Source of the DNA: Saprolegnia diclina VS20
Taxonomy: Eukaryota
NCBI RefSeq assembly: GCF_000281045.1
Contig: NW_008246075.1
Span: 674,670 to 708,188 of the forward strand
Reading direction: 5' to 3'
Length of the DNA: 33,519 nucleotides
Shown: positions 1 through 10,152 of the stretch, piece after piece
Numbering within the stretch: the first letter of the stretch is position 1
Layout: every line of letters starts with the position of its first letter
Made by a program: the position numbers and the translations under genes
Notes under the pieces: model-generated
The model's database searches: none
Told to the model about the DNA's origin: nothing
What the model saw: only the letters and a program-made list of their open reading frames with translations

Positions 1-419
1 ATTTCACCCATTTTACTCGTGATCATCTTAGCCTGGAAGGCCTTCACGAATCGTGTCGTTATGGAACTCACTCGCGGCCAGAAGCGCCCCCGGGAGTCTT
101 CAGAGGAACTCGGAACCCCCGTACCGCCCGCCTGCGCCGCCACGACCCGGCGAGCGAACGAAGAAGAGGAGATTGCTAGTCTCTACGTAAGCGAAGTTTT
201 TGTAATGAAGATAACGCGAAGCGCGTTCATATACTACGTAGTATTTTTTAAATCTTAGTTGCACCAAGAAAGCTGATAGTTACCAAGGGAACGAAAAGTA
301 TGCATGTGTCATGTATATTACTAGTAAGTAGGTACGAGACTCTTGCTCTTTGTCGACCTCGCGTGAATTCGTCGAGGTCACAACAACAAGTAGAGGACTA
401 CTATCGTCCATTCTAGCCT

Positions 420-3340
420 CTACGCGAGCTTGACCGTTGCCAAAGTATCAGTCGCATCTTCGATCGTGCGACAGAGGCGGTGCAGCTGGTGCTTGGCGTC
501 AATGAGGCTCTTTTCGCTCAGCGCCGTGAAGACGCCCGGGAATAGCGTCACGTTGTAGTCGTTCCACACCGACAGACCATAAATCGACTAGGTACACGAG
601 TCACAATTTGCATGGCACAAACACACCAGAGTGACGTACGTGCTTCATCCACGGCTTTCCCGGGAGACCTTCCGGGAACAAGAACGCGCGCTCCGTCATC
701 ATGAGACGGTTGTTCATGTCCCGTGCCCGCTTGACGTCGACAATCATCTGACCGTTCAGCACGTCGAGCATCTCGTCGGACATTTGCACAATTTCCTAAT
801 CGCATTTGAACAAAGCCATGCGGGCAACAAAAATGCGGCTACCTTGTTGACGTTGGTTGCGACCTTTGTGAAGGCAACGATCGCGCGCTCGAGACGGTCG
901 AGGTTCAGCGAAAATGCCTTGTACGTCGAGAGGACTGAGACGAGCTGCGTTTTTCCAGCGCGGAGGTCCTTGGCATACTCGACAAAGTCGTAGGGCAAAA
1001 ACACCGAGTCACTGAACGAAAGCATGATGCTACCGTAGAGCTATCGCAACCACAAACGAATCAGCACCAAGCACTCCAGTGTAGTATACCTGGGCGGCGG
1101 CGCGATGAAACGTAAAGGACGGATCACCATACGCCTTCATCCAGTCGAGCGTGTCGTACGACGTATCGTCGATCGAGTCGATGCCAGAGTCAAACGCAAG
1201 CTCAACGACGGGCACACCCAGCCGGACGACAAAAGGCGACAAGAGGTGCGTCGTCCCGGGCGTCAAGATCGACGGCGTCACGGCGGTCGGGTCCGAGGCT
1301 TTCGTGGCCTTGAGCCAGTAGTAGTAAATCGAGTCCGAGACTGCGTTCGTCAAGTCTTCCCAGACCAGTGTCGTGTTGCCGTGGATAAACGACGTCGGGC
1401 CAGAGACCGCACCCTCGTCCGAATGCAGCGAAATGTTGCTGAGAATGCTCGACGGGTTGAGCGTATCACTCGGATTCGTCTCGGGCTGCGCAATGCCGAG
1501 CGTCGCGTAGAGCAGCGCCGTGCGCAAGCTCGAGCTCGCTTCAACGGTCAGCGCACCGGGGCCAATCACCGCGTCACGAACGTTTAGAAAGACGACGGCA
1601 CGCGCCGCAAAACTCGACGAGTGGCGATCTATCCACTCGGAGGTGCCGACGTTACCATAGTCTTCCGCGTCCACGGACGCCAAGAAGAGCGTGCGGTGGG
1701 GCGCCCACCCTTGACTCAAAAGGTTCCCGATGCCACGCAGCATCTCGATAAAGACCGCATTGCCACTGCACACATGAGTCATACGCGATGATTGACTATA
1801 AGAAATTGTACCTGCCGGGGGAGATGGCGCCGGACGTGATCGAGTCGCGCTGGCTCGCAACAAGCACCATGCGGTCGGCTTCGCGCGTACCCTCGAGCAA
1901 GATGACGACGTTCCACGTCTTCTTGTAGCTGTACTTTTGCTACTCCCCCAGACATAAGACTGGAGAAGACACATAGCGAGTCCGTACAATGTTTTCCACG
2001 ACCACGTCGTGCGAGCTGTCGTTGCAGAGGTACGACACACCCTTGAGCCCCGGCGCAAAGTCGGGGAAGAGACTCTTGGCGGCCACGCCTGCGTTCACGC
2101 TGACGAGCAAGCTCTTGGCAACGTCCGCGCTAATCGGCACGCTCACGATCTGCGGCATGAGGTTGCGCGTGTTGTTCTCCGAGAAGACCATGTCCACGGG
2201 CAGCCGCTCCATGAGTGGCACCGAAACATCGTCGGGCGTGGACGGATCTCCATTGCCCATGTAAACAGTGCCAAAGGACGCACGATCCGTGGGTGCATAA
2301 GGCCCGTTTGGCCACGCCTTGCCTTGCATACTGCCATTGTCCGCCGGATCACTAGCCCCGAACGTGGAATTAAGCGCGGCGAGGACCATGTGTACCTGTA
2401 GGTGAGAACGGCGACAGCGCCTGTCTCCTTGGCGATTTCGACTTTAGCCGCAAGCGAGATCCGACCCATGCGCACCAAGAGCACCTTGCCGTTCAAGTTG
2501 ACGCCCGCAGCGCGCAGTCTCTACACGTCGTACGGGCCGTTCAGATTATGTGCTTCGTGTGCACAGGACGTACGTCGTAGTCGTTAGATCGGCCGTAGTG
2601 GGCGTACACGAGTTTGCCTTGGGCCGTTCCGTTCATCGAGTAATAGTGAAACGGAGTCACCTACGCCGGGTCAGTGGAGTACCAAGGTGTAGTTGTACCG
2701 AAGGCTTGTTGATGTAGGACTCGGAGAGGTCTTTGACGGCGCCAACAAGACCAACGCGTACCGACGAGGGTTCGTTGAGCAGAATCTCGTACTCGCTGAG
2801 CTTGATTTTGTCCTCTGGGAAGCCAAAGTCGAGCGCCTTTTGCATAATGTACTTGGCCATCGCGAGGTCACCCGTCGAGCCCGCGGCGCGCGACTCCTAT
2901 AAGACACATGGGCATCGACGCATGCCCCATTACATGTACCTTGGTGTAGTACGCAAGCGTCTCTTTCGCGCCGGCAGCTTTGGTGGCGAGCATAAAGTTT
3001 CGCTGGTTTGGCGTGAGCGCGCTGCAAGATCCATTGAGTGCTAGCCCATGTCGCATGCTGTTAAGTACCTGAGATGCTCGTTGCCCGAGAGAACGCGGAT
3101 CATGGCGATGCAGACGACGACGCTCAGGAAGAGCGCGGCCAGCGACGAGCACCCGATGAGCTTGCGCCGGCGCTGCTCGGCCAGCGAGAGCGTCGGCGGC
3201 TCGCGGCTGGCGCGGGGCGAGTCCGCGTACATGTTGCGCTTCTCGGCCGGGTCCGGGATCGTGAGGCGCGAGGGCCGACGCACATTGAGGACGACCTCTT
3301 CCTCCGTGTCGTCTTCCTCGGTGAACTGCTCGTGCTTCAT
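420..3340 (-). CDS. Glutamate carboxypeptidase II / transferrin-receptor-like (M28B) type II membrane protein, probably catalytically inactive; 11 exons
   Basis: GT-AG model, exons 3340-3069, 3021-2940, 2896-2699, 2660-2574, 2520-2396, 2351-1988, 1939-1812, 1765-1090, 1040-843, 795-640, 587-420 keeps one frame. Cytoplasmic tail plus TM (LIGCSSLAALFLSVVVCIAMI); PA domain (GKLVYAHYGRSNDY, GKVLLVRMGRI, TYSDPADNG, GNGDPSTP); M28 core (GWAPHRTLFLASVDAEDYG); TfR-dimer-like C-terminus (NNRLMMTERAFLFPEGLPGKPWMKH, FPGV). Confidence 0.88.
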
Positions 3341-3883
3341 TTTGCGCTCGAGACGACCAATCTGCAACTGCCCAAAGGTCGTTTCGGGCGAGGCGTCCGG
3401 ATACGGAGCGGTGGTTATGCGGACTAACCGTTTCACGACGCGACGGTTTCTTTGCAAACACTGGATGGGAATCCAGCGTTTTCTTGCATCGTTTCCGACA
3501 CAAGATCCAAACAACAAGCCTAGTCAGTCGTGTAATTCTTTCGTCTTGCGATTGGAGAGGGATGTTTAACTCGCAAAGCTAGGCATGACCACCAGCAGGA
3601 GGAGAGTACAAACTGAGGGCCGTGCAGCGTGAGCTGGCAGCAGCTTTTGCATGCAAGTCGAAGCGTTGACCAGCGGTGTGTGATGTGCGACCATCACTAC
3701 GGTCAATGTACAATAGCTACAACGTGATGTTCTGGGAGCTCGTGGTGCTAAAGTGTGCAAGGACCAAGTACCTCGAACTGTGCAGCTGAAAGCGAAGAAG
3801 CAGTTCAGTTTTCAAAATGGAGCTCCAACCATTGATGATGGAGAGGATGAGTGGGTGTAAAAATAGCGTGATTGTCATCGAGC

Positions 3884-4640
3884 ATGCGCCCCGCGCGCAC
3901 CCCCCGGCGTGGCGTTCCAAATGAGCGAGTGTTGCGATCCGCGACACCACGCAGCCATGCGCATCCCGCGACCCCGCGCTTGCCAACCCCTCGGCCAAGC
4001 AGCGCCACTCCCGACCCCGAAATTGAAGTTATTTTGCCCAAGCTCAAGGTGCAGGGCGCCGTTGATGTGAGGAAGACACAGCCGTGTCTCTCGGCTCGAC
4101 TCGTACCACGTCTTCAAGTCGCGATCGACAAATTAGACAAAGCCCGGAACCGAGTAGGCCTCACCACTGCATTTGGCCAAATCGGACTGAGTCGTCGTAT
4201 AGCCCGTGGACCACGGCAGCCCACTGCTTACGAAAGCGCGGTTCCGGCAATGCTTTGACGAGGCATGCTACTCCAACACTAGGCTGTGATGGTTCGATCT
4301 TTTGTAGGTGGCAATGGACAACGATGAACGCGTCTTTAGCAGCGACATTGATATGCTCTTTATGTGCCTCGATACCGAGGGCACGGGCACGTTGCAACGG
4401 GGAGCGGTACGCTACCCATATCGCTGTCGGACGCAAACACGATTCATACATGCGTAGGTATCGCGGCAACTGGAGCACTTGAATGACCACGCACACTTTC
4501 ACACGAGGGTCGCGGCGCCACCAGTCCACACGGAGAAGAAGCTTTCTCGGCGTCAGCGTCCGACGACACGCATTTACGAACAAGCGTCGTTCGAGCTACA
4601 AGCCCCGCCAAAGCAAACGGCACGGTCTCTTGCGTGGTAG
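3884..4640 (+). CDS. Hypothetical spliced protein with an EF-hand-like segment; 3' end uncertain (may continue toward the gap)
   Basis: ATG 3884; introns 4154-4202 (GT-AG), 4263-4307 (GC-AG), 4407-4457 (GT-AG), all 45-51 nt and phase 0. Product includes LTKARFRQCFDEVAMDNDERVFSSDIDMLFMCLDTEGTGTLQRGAV, a helix-loop-helix resembling an EF-hand. First in-frame stop 4638-4640. Confidence 0.5.
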
Positions 4641-4849
4641 CAGCGTGAGACCCATTTGTACAGAACCACACAGATGGCTTGCTGGTCATCAGTTTTTTGC
4701 CGAAACGGTTTGACTCGTGGAGACGCAAAACACAACAATGGTCTTTCCTACACTGTATCCGACTGCGCCCGTTGTCGCCCTGTAAAGACCACATGTGGCT
4801 GTTGGGCTAGAATGGTGTAGCAGCACCTTGCCGTGTGATGAGCCGTGCT

Positions 4850-5313
4850 NNNNNNNNNNNNNNNNNNNNNNNNNNNNNNNNNNNNNNNNNNNNNNNNNNN
4901 NNNNNNNNNNNNNNNNNNNNNNNNNNNNNNNNNNNNNNNNNNNNNNNNNNNNNNNNNNNNNNNNNNNNNNNNNNNNNNNNNNNNNNNNNNNNNNNNNNNN
5001 NNNNNNNNNNNNNNNNNNNNNNNNNNNNNNNNNNNNNNNNNNNNNNNNNNNNNNNNNNNNNNNNNNNNNNNNNNNNNNNNNNNNNNNNNNNNNNNNNNNN
5101 NNNNNNNNNNNNNNNNNNNNNNNNNNNNNNNNNNNNNNNNNNNNNNNNNNNNNNNNNNNNNNNNNNNNNNNNNNNNNNNNNNNNNNNNNNNNNNNNNNNN
5201 NNNNNNNNNNNNNNNNNNNNNNNNNNNNNNNNNNNNNNNNNNNNNNNNNNNNNNNNNNNNNNNNNNNNNNNNNNNNNNNNNNNNNNNNNNNNNNNNNNNN
5301 NNNNNNNNNNNNN
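4850..5313. other. Assembly gap (464 N)
   Basis: Continuous run of N. Confidence 1.
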
Positions 5314-6446
5314 AGCATGGCCCGGGCCTGCTCGACCACATCTTCAAGCTGCGACGGCAAGTCGCCGAGGCCGTCGCGCTGGACGAGCATGCCAATGTCG
5401 TAGAGCGAGTAGCCAGCGGCGACCGCCTTTTGAAGCAGCATGGTCGAGATCTGCATCGTCAGAATGCAGTCTTCCGGGAGACCGAGCGATCGTAAGAGGA
5501 TGGCGTCCCGGGTCGTGTCGAGGCTCTGGACGTGCGCTATGGCCGCCGCGCTCAAGGGAAACTTGGCTTGCGGCCAGTGGAGCCAGTCAAACGTGGCGCC
5601 GTCGAGGTGCTGGTACGATGGCAGCGTCAAGCCGTGGTCGATGGGGACCATCTTGTACTTGGTCGTCTTGTCGTTCGTCGACTGCAAGAGAATGTTGCCG
5701 GCGTGGCGATCCGTGTTGAAGAGGCGGAGGTCCAAGATCGCAATCTTGTGCACATCGTGGACCGAAAACTGGCGCGTGCCCATGTCTTCGGCCGACGACT
5801 CGGAAGGTACAAACGCTTGCACCGAGCCTTCCTTCCACGTCGTCCCGATCGGCGCCGTGACGAGGCTCGTCACCGGGACGCCGCTAAAGTGCTCGTACGC
5901 AGCGTCGAGCATGAACGCAGCAACTTCTCGGAGAGCCCCATTGCCGACGCGGAAACCTTTTCGCGTCGGGTGCAGGCTTTCGCCGAGCACTGCACCGTGG
6001 CTTACATACCCGCGCGGGTTGTGGGGCGCCATGAACTCTTCGTCGCGCGGCTTGAAGATAGCGATCGGAGCCTCGTCGTCGTCGCAAAGCAAGTAAGCAC
6101 CGCCGCACCCGTCCTTTGTCAGCACCAGGTCCCCCGACGCAACAGCAGCGTGTAGCGCCTTTTGACGAAGCGCCATGGCCGCGCTCACGCCAGGAACCTC
6201 TTGCACGAGCGGCTGCACGCGCGTGGGCTGGAGCGGGGTCGCCGCCGCCTGTCCGCGACCCCAGCGCTTAGTGACATACTCCTTCGAGAGCGCAAACGGC
6301 TTGGTCAGCGTCTTCTTGGACGGCGCTTTCTTGGCGAGCGCCGAGAAGACGTCGGCGCCGGCCGTCTTGCCCTTGAGCGCCTGGAGCCACGAAGACTGCT
6401 CCGAGACCGTCGGCGAGGTGAAGATGCGGGTCGGGAACATGGGCAT
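5314..6446 (-). CDS. Phosphatidylinositol 4-kinase type II / plant PI4K-gamma-like kinase; 3' end lost in the gap
   Basis: Motifs GCGGAY, IAIFKPRDEE, NPRG, GALREVAAFMLD, GVPVT, GSVQAFV, VHKIAILDLRLFNTDRHAGNILL, VPIDHGLTLP, FDWLHWPQAKFP. The ORF runs into the Ns without a stop. Confidence 0.92.
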
Positions 6447-7319
6447 CGTGGCGCCACCGCACTTGCTGCGGGTGGGGTCGAGAGTGTAAAGGAATGTGTG
6501 AGTAGTGCACAGGGCCAGTTCCGAGTAGAGACCTCCGACAACTGCCAGATGGGGCGTCCAAGGTTCTCGATTCCCAGAGTCACTTCAATCTGATACAAAG
6601 AGGTGGGCTTACGCAAACGAGGGTCCAACGGCCAAAGTTAATGACAAAAACGGGTGTCGATTGCACGCTGCGATACAAATGCATCGAAGCTTTCGACGAA
6701 ATATTTGACAAATTTAGCGCGCCTTTGGTCCTAAACCGCAGACAAGCCACGTGCGCCCACGTATCGCACAGGACCCTTGGACCGCCACTCGGCGATGGTT
6801 CTCTGTGTGCTTCTCATATGATAGCTACTGTGATGTGTCGTAGTAGCTCGAACGAATTGGTGCATGATGCGCTGCCAAACGATCCAGCGCCCACAGCGTC
6901 GCACGTGGTTGCGTCAGTGCAACAGCCCTGACCAGCACATGGACCAGCACAGCTGACCCTGCGCGAAGGACGTGGCACGGAAGAGTTGGCGATCGCGTCC
7001 AATTCGCGGAAGCTGCCACGTGGATTCCCAGCCCATCAACCAATCAGGTAGCACGATGCCAGCGACACGACGGGCATATTCTCCGAGTGTGGGGCAGAGC
7101 TGGTCTCGTCGAGGAACGGCGTGCACAAGCAATAGAAGATAGCAGATATGTGCGGCAGAGGACTGCTATCACGCCGCATGTCCATGCCGCAACGTAATGC
7201 ATTGCACGCCATTAGCAGCTCGCGCCCGCAGACGTCTGGCCTTTTCAATCGCAGCCAATCAGTGACGAGAGATCTTAAACCGATAGCGATCTTCGAGCGT
7301 CGGGTCGCAAGTACGTAAA

Positions 7320-8207
7320 ATGCGTGGTCTGGGTCTGCTTCTCCTGGCTGCGCTTGCGACAGCGTTCACAGTCGAAGAAGCCATCGAGCTACTCAATGGC
7401 CGTGGCGCAGCTGCATTGTCGTACGCTTCGGCGAACGTCGACGACCTCCTACCACTCGTGCCATCGTGCAACAACAAGTGCGTCGCATGCGGCGTCACGA
7501 CCAACCTCTCGACGGCGTCGACATGCGCGCCATTAACGTCAGCTTCCACGTGCGCGCCGCAGTATGCCTGCTGCGATCCATCAACCTGTCGGGCCAAGTC
7601 GCAAGCCATGTGCGACTACAACACGGACGCGTTCACGTCCATGCTCAACCAAGAACCCGACGCGTTCAAATCGGCGCTCAATTACGTCGCATGGGCCAAC
7701 TATTCGTTTAGCATGCGGCCGACAACGCTGGCGAACCTCAACGCGACGCGATCGACGTCGGACAACTCGGCCCTGTGCACGAGCTACTGCAATGGCTGGA
7801 CAGGCATTCAAACATGCCCGTCCATGTGCCAATGTACTCTACAACCGACGGCGGCGCTTGTCGTAGGTCCCAAGTTTCCTTGTGTGGCTGACAAATCGAC
7901 CGCTGCTACCGGCTATGCGGCAACCACGGCGACGTCGTTCAATGGTAAGGCGGTGTGTCCTGTCGGGTTTGCCTGCGCATCGGCGTCGTTCGGCTGCGTC
8001 TCGTACAGCGCCTACCGCGCGTCGACGACCGCTGCGCCAACGGCAACGACGTCCTCCACCAGCAGCAGTGTCAACGTCGGCGTCGCTGTCGGCTGCAGCA
8101 TTGGCGCTGCTGTCGGCGCCGTGGCCATCGGTCTCTTCTGCTACAAGAAGCGGCTTTCGTCGACGAGCCCGAGTGACGACGATCACTACCATTCGCTTGC
8201 GACGTAG
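7320..8207 (+). CDS. Cys-rich single-pass type I membrane protein of unknown family
   Basis: Intronless 295 aa. Signal peptide MRGLGLLLLAALATA; 18 Cys in the ectodomain; Ser/Thr stalk; TM VGVAVGCSIGAAVGAVAIGLF; stop-transfer YKKR; short tail. Confidence 0.85.
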   Translation: MRGLGLLLLAALATAFTVEEAIELLNGRGAAALSYASANVDDLLPLVPSCNNKCVACGVTTNLSTASTCAPLTSASTCAPQYACCDPSTCRAKSQAMCDYNTDAFTSMLNQEPDAFKSALNYVAWANYSFSMRPTTLANLNATRSTSDNSALCTSYCNGWTGIQTCPSMCQCTLQPTAALVVGPKFPCVADKSTAATGYAATTATSFNGKAVCPVGFACASASFGCVSYSAYRASTTAAPTATTSSTSSSVNVGVAVGCSIGAAVGAVAIGLFCYKKRLSSTSPSDDDHYHSLAT

Positions 8208-8653
8208 TTGTACCTCATGAGTCGGTGTTTATGAAGCCGCAACGCGATCAACCATTGGTGATGAGTGCACTTGTCATGACCAGCAGAACGTGGTCGCATT
8301 TGGCGCCATGGCGGTTCACTTTCTGATTGGTGCCAATCTCCAAATTATAGCCAATTAAACGCCTCCCTTTACTATTAAATCCATGCGGCTGTAATACAAT
8401 CGAAAATGTTTTCTGCGTCCGCGCGTGCATACAAAATCACTGTATATCTTTGAATAGAATAACGCATTTCAAATGATTTGAGATCCATTCTTTTAGCTCG
8501 GAAAAACACCGCCCATTGAATATAAAAAGGGCGTCTCGCGTCTCTTGAGCAATGTATGCCAATTATAAAAATATTGGCGTAATTTTTTGCACTGAGACCA
8601 GTTGGGTAGTTTTTGCATTGAGCTTGCTGCGAGGAGTCGACCAAGCGTCGAAG

Positions 8654-9958
8654 ATGGACGAGGAAGCGCTCCTCGAGATGAAGTACACATCCTGGTGCTG
8701 TGGGGTCCGACATGTGCTCTCGCAGCTTCTAGCCCTCGGGAAGGCGCACGTCCCGCGGCAGTCGCCGACGACCAAGCCGGACGCGCCGGCCTTCTCGCTC
8801 ATCCGCTGCTCCGAGTGCCCGCTGCTGTGGCAAATCAAAGGCGGCGCCAACGACGTATTTATTCACACCAAGACGGAGAAGAACGTGATGACGCAACAAG
8901 ACGTGGCCACGGACGTCGTCTTGTTTCCGCAGCGCTTTGCTCGCTTTGAAGACTCGGTCTCGGCCTTGCACTCGCTTCAAGGTGTCTCGTTCGTGCATCT
9001 GGACTTGGGCAAATGCATCCAGACCCATCCGACGTCGACCTTGCTCGAGTTGAACGAAATCGAGCGTGCCGCTGACCAGCTCAAGGCCCTGCGCGATTCT
9101 TTGATCGAGAAGGCAAAAGCCGGCAACTACAGCGCGTTCTTGGCCCACATCAAGACGGACGTGAGCTCCAAGTGCCACAAGCTTGCGCTCATTTACGTTC
9201 ACGCCCAGCTACGCAACGTTGGGTCCAAGCGCACGGGCAAGCGTAAGATCGTCATATTGCGGCGAACTGCGTTTACACGGTGGATGAATACCAAGTTCCC
9301 CGAGGCCGACAAGGTCGAGCGACCGACCAAAGTCGTTCGGACGTCGCCGCCGCTGCGCACAACGACGACAGTCTTGACGTCGCATGGCACGTCCTTTTTC
9401 GACGCCATCATGGAGAAGAACCCGAATGCCGCACCGGCACGCGCGACCGAGTTTGCATTGGCAGTGCAAGCCGAGTTGAAGAAAGAAGTGCTAGTGCGCT
9501 CGGCGTCCCAACTCAGATCTTGCATGGTCAAGCTCGTCGACGACCTCAAGACAAAAGAAGAGATGGAGCTTAACGTACTCCTGGGCCCGAATATGATCGG
9601 CACCTACATTAGGCGCTTTTTCCCCGCGCACCCCACGCTCCGCCCCGCTCAAACCATGGACCTCACGCCTCGCCCTGCGCAAACCACGGACGTCACGTCC
9701 CGCCCGCTCCGCCCGGCACTTCTCCCCGAAAACCGCCCCCCGCGTCCCTCCAGAAAGTACGTCACGTTCCCGCCCAGCCTGCAGCACATCAAGTTTTTCG
9801 ACGTTGACGACACCCCAGAGAGTGTCCGCGCTGCCCCGGTGCACCAAAGACGTTCGCCCGAGACGACAACCCGCGCCGTGCACCGCGGCGGACCCACGCC
9901 AACGTCCAAGGCGTACGAACCGTTCACTCGAAAGATGCAGCGTGTTTCAAATGATTGA
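8654..9958 (+). CDS. Hypothetical protein with Pro-rich C-terminus and a candidate PP1-docking RVxF motif
   Basis: Long intronless ORF; coding-like GC composition begins at ATG 8654 (the in-frame ATG at 8552 lies in AT-rich promoter-like DNA). No family recognised. Confidence 0.7.
   Translation: MDEEALLEMKYTSWCCGVRHVLSQLLALGKAHVPRQSPTTKPDAPAFSLIRCSECPLLWQIKGGANDVFIHTKTEKNVMTQQDVATDVVLFPQRFARFEDSVSALHSLQGVSFVHLDLGKCIQTHPTSTLLELNEIERAADQLKALRDSLIEKAKAGNYSAFLAHIKTDVSSKCHKLALIYVHAQLRNVGSKRTGKRKIVILRRTAFTRWMNTKFPEADKVERPTKVVRTSPPLRTTTTVLTSHGTSFFDAIMEKNPNAAPARATEFALAVQAELKKEVLVRSASQLRSCMVKLVDDLKTKEEMELNVLLGPNMIGTYIRRFFPAHPTLRPAQTMDLTPRPAQTTDVTSRPLRPALLPENRPPRPSRKYVTFPPSLQHIKFFDVDDTPESVRAAPVHQRRSPETTTRAVHRGGPTPTSKAYEPFTRKMQRVSND
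9641..9700 (+). repeat. Imperfect 30-bp tandem duplication within the CDS (RPAQTMDLTP / RPAQTTDVTS)
   Basis: cgccccgctcaaaccatggacctcacgcct followed by cgccctgcgcaaaccacggacgtcacgtcc. Confidence 0.8.
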
Positions 9959-10152
9959 TTATTGTGTTGTTCTAGTCGTTCTGTTCTAGTCGTAAGATCA
10001 AGCAGCTTTGTCTTCCTTCCCTTGAGTCCTCGTGCCATTTCCGCAAAAAATCTTGTGTAGCCTTGCGTTGACTACCCCGCTGGATCCAAGAAGAAGGTTC
10101 GTCTAAGGTGTAGTGTAGTAGTAGGATTAGGAGGCGGTATAGTAGTATAAAC

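Noticed and set aside
19..258. 79-aa plus-strand ORF (MELTRGQKRPRESSEE...)
   Set aside because: May be part of a gene entering from the left edge, but there is no recognisable motif or splice model to support a call.
3041..3068. Apparent 28-nt intron in the M28-like gene
   Set aside because: It gives the wrong frame; the acceptor at 3022 (47-nt intron) restores the family-like sequence.
4689..5719. ORFs spanning the N run, including the apparent C-terminal extension of the PI4K
   Set aside because: Artefacts of translating through the gap; frame across the Ns is unknown.
6929..6952. Short direct repeat gaccagcaca x2 in the PI4K / 7320 intergenic region
   Set aside because: Two 10-bp copies, compatible with chance or local slippage.
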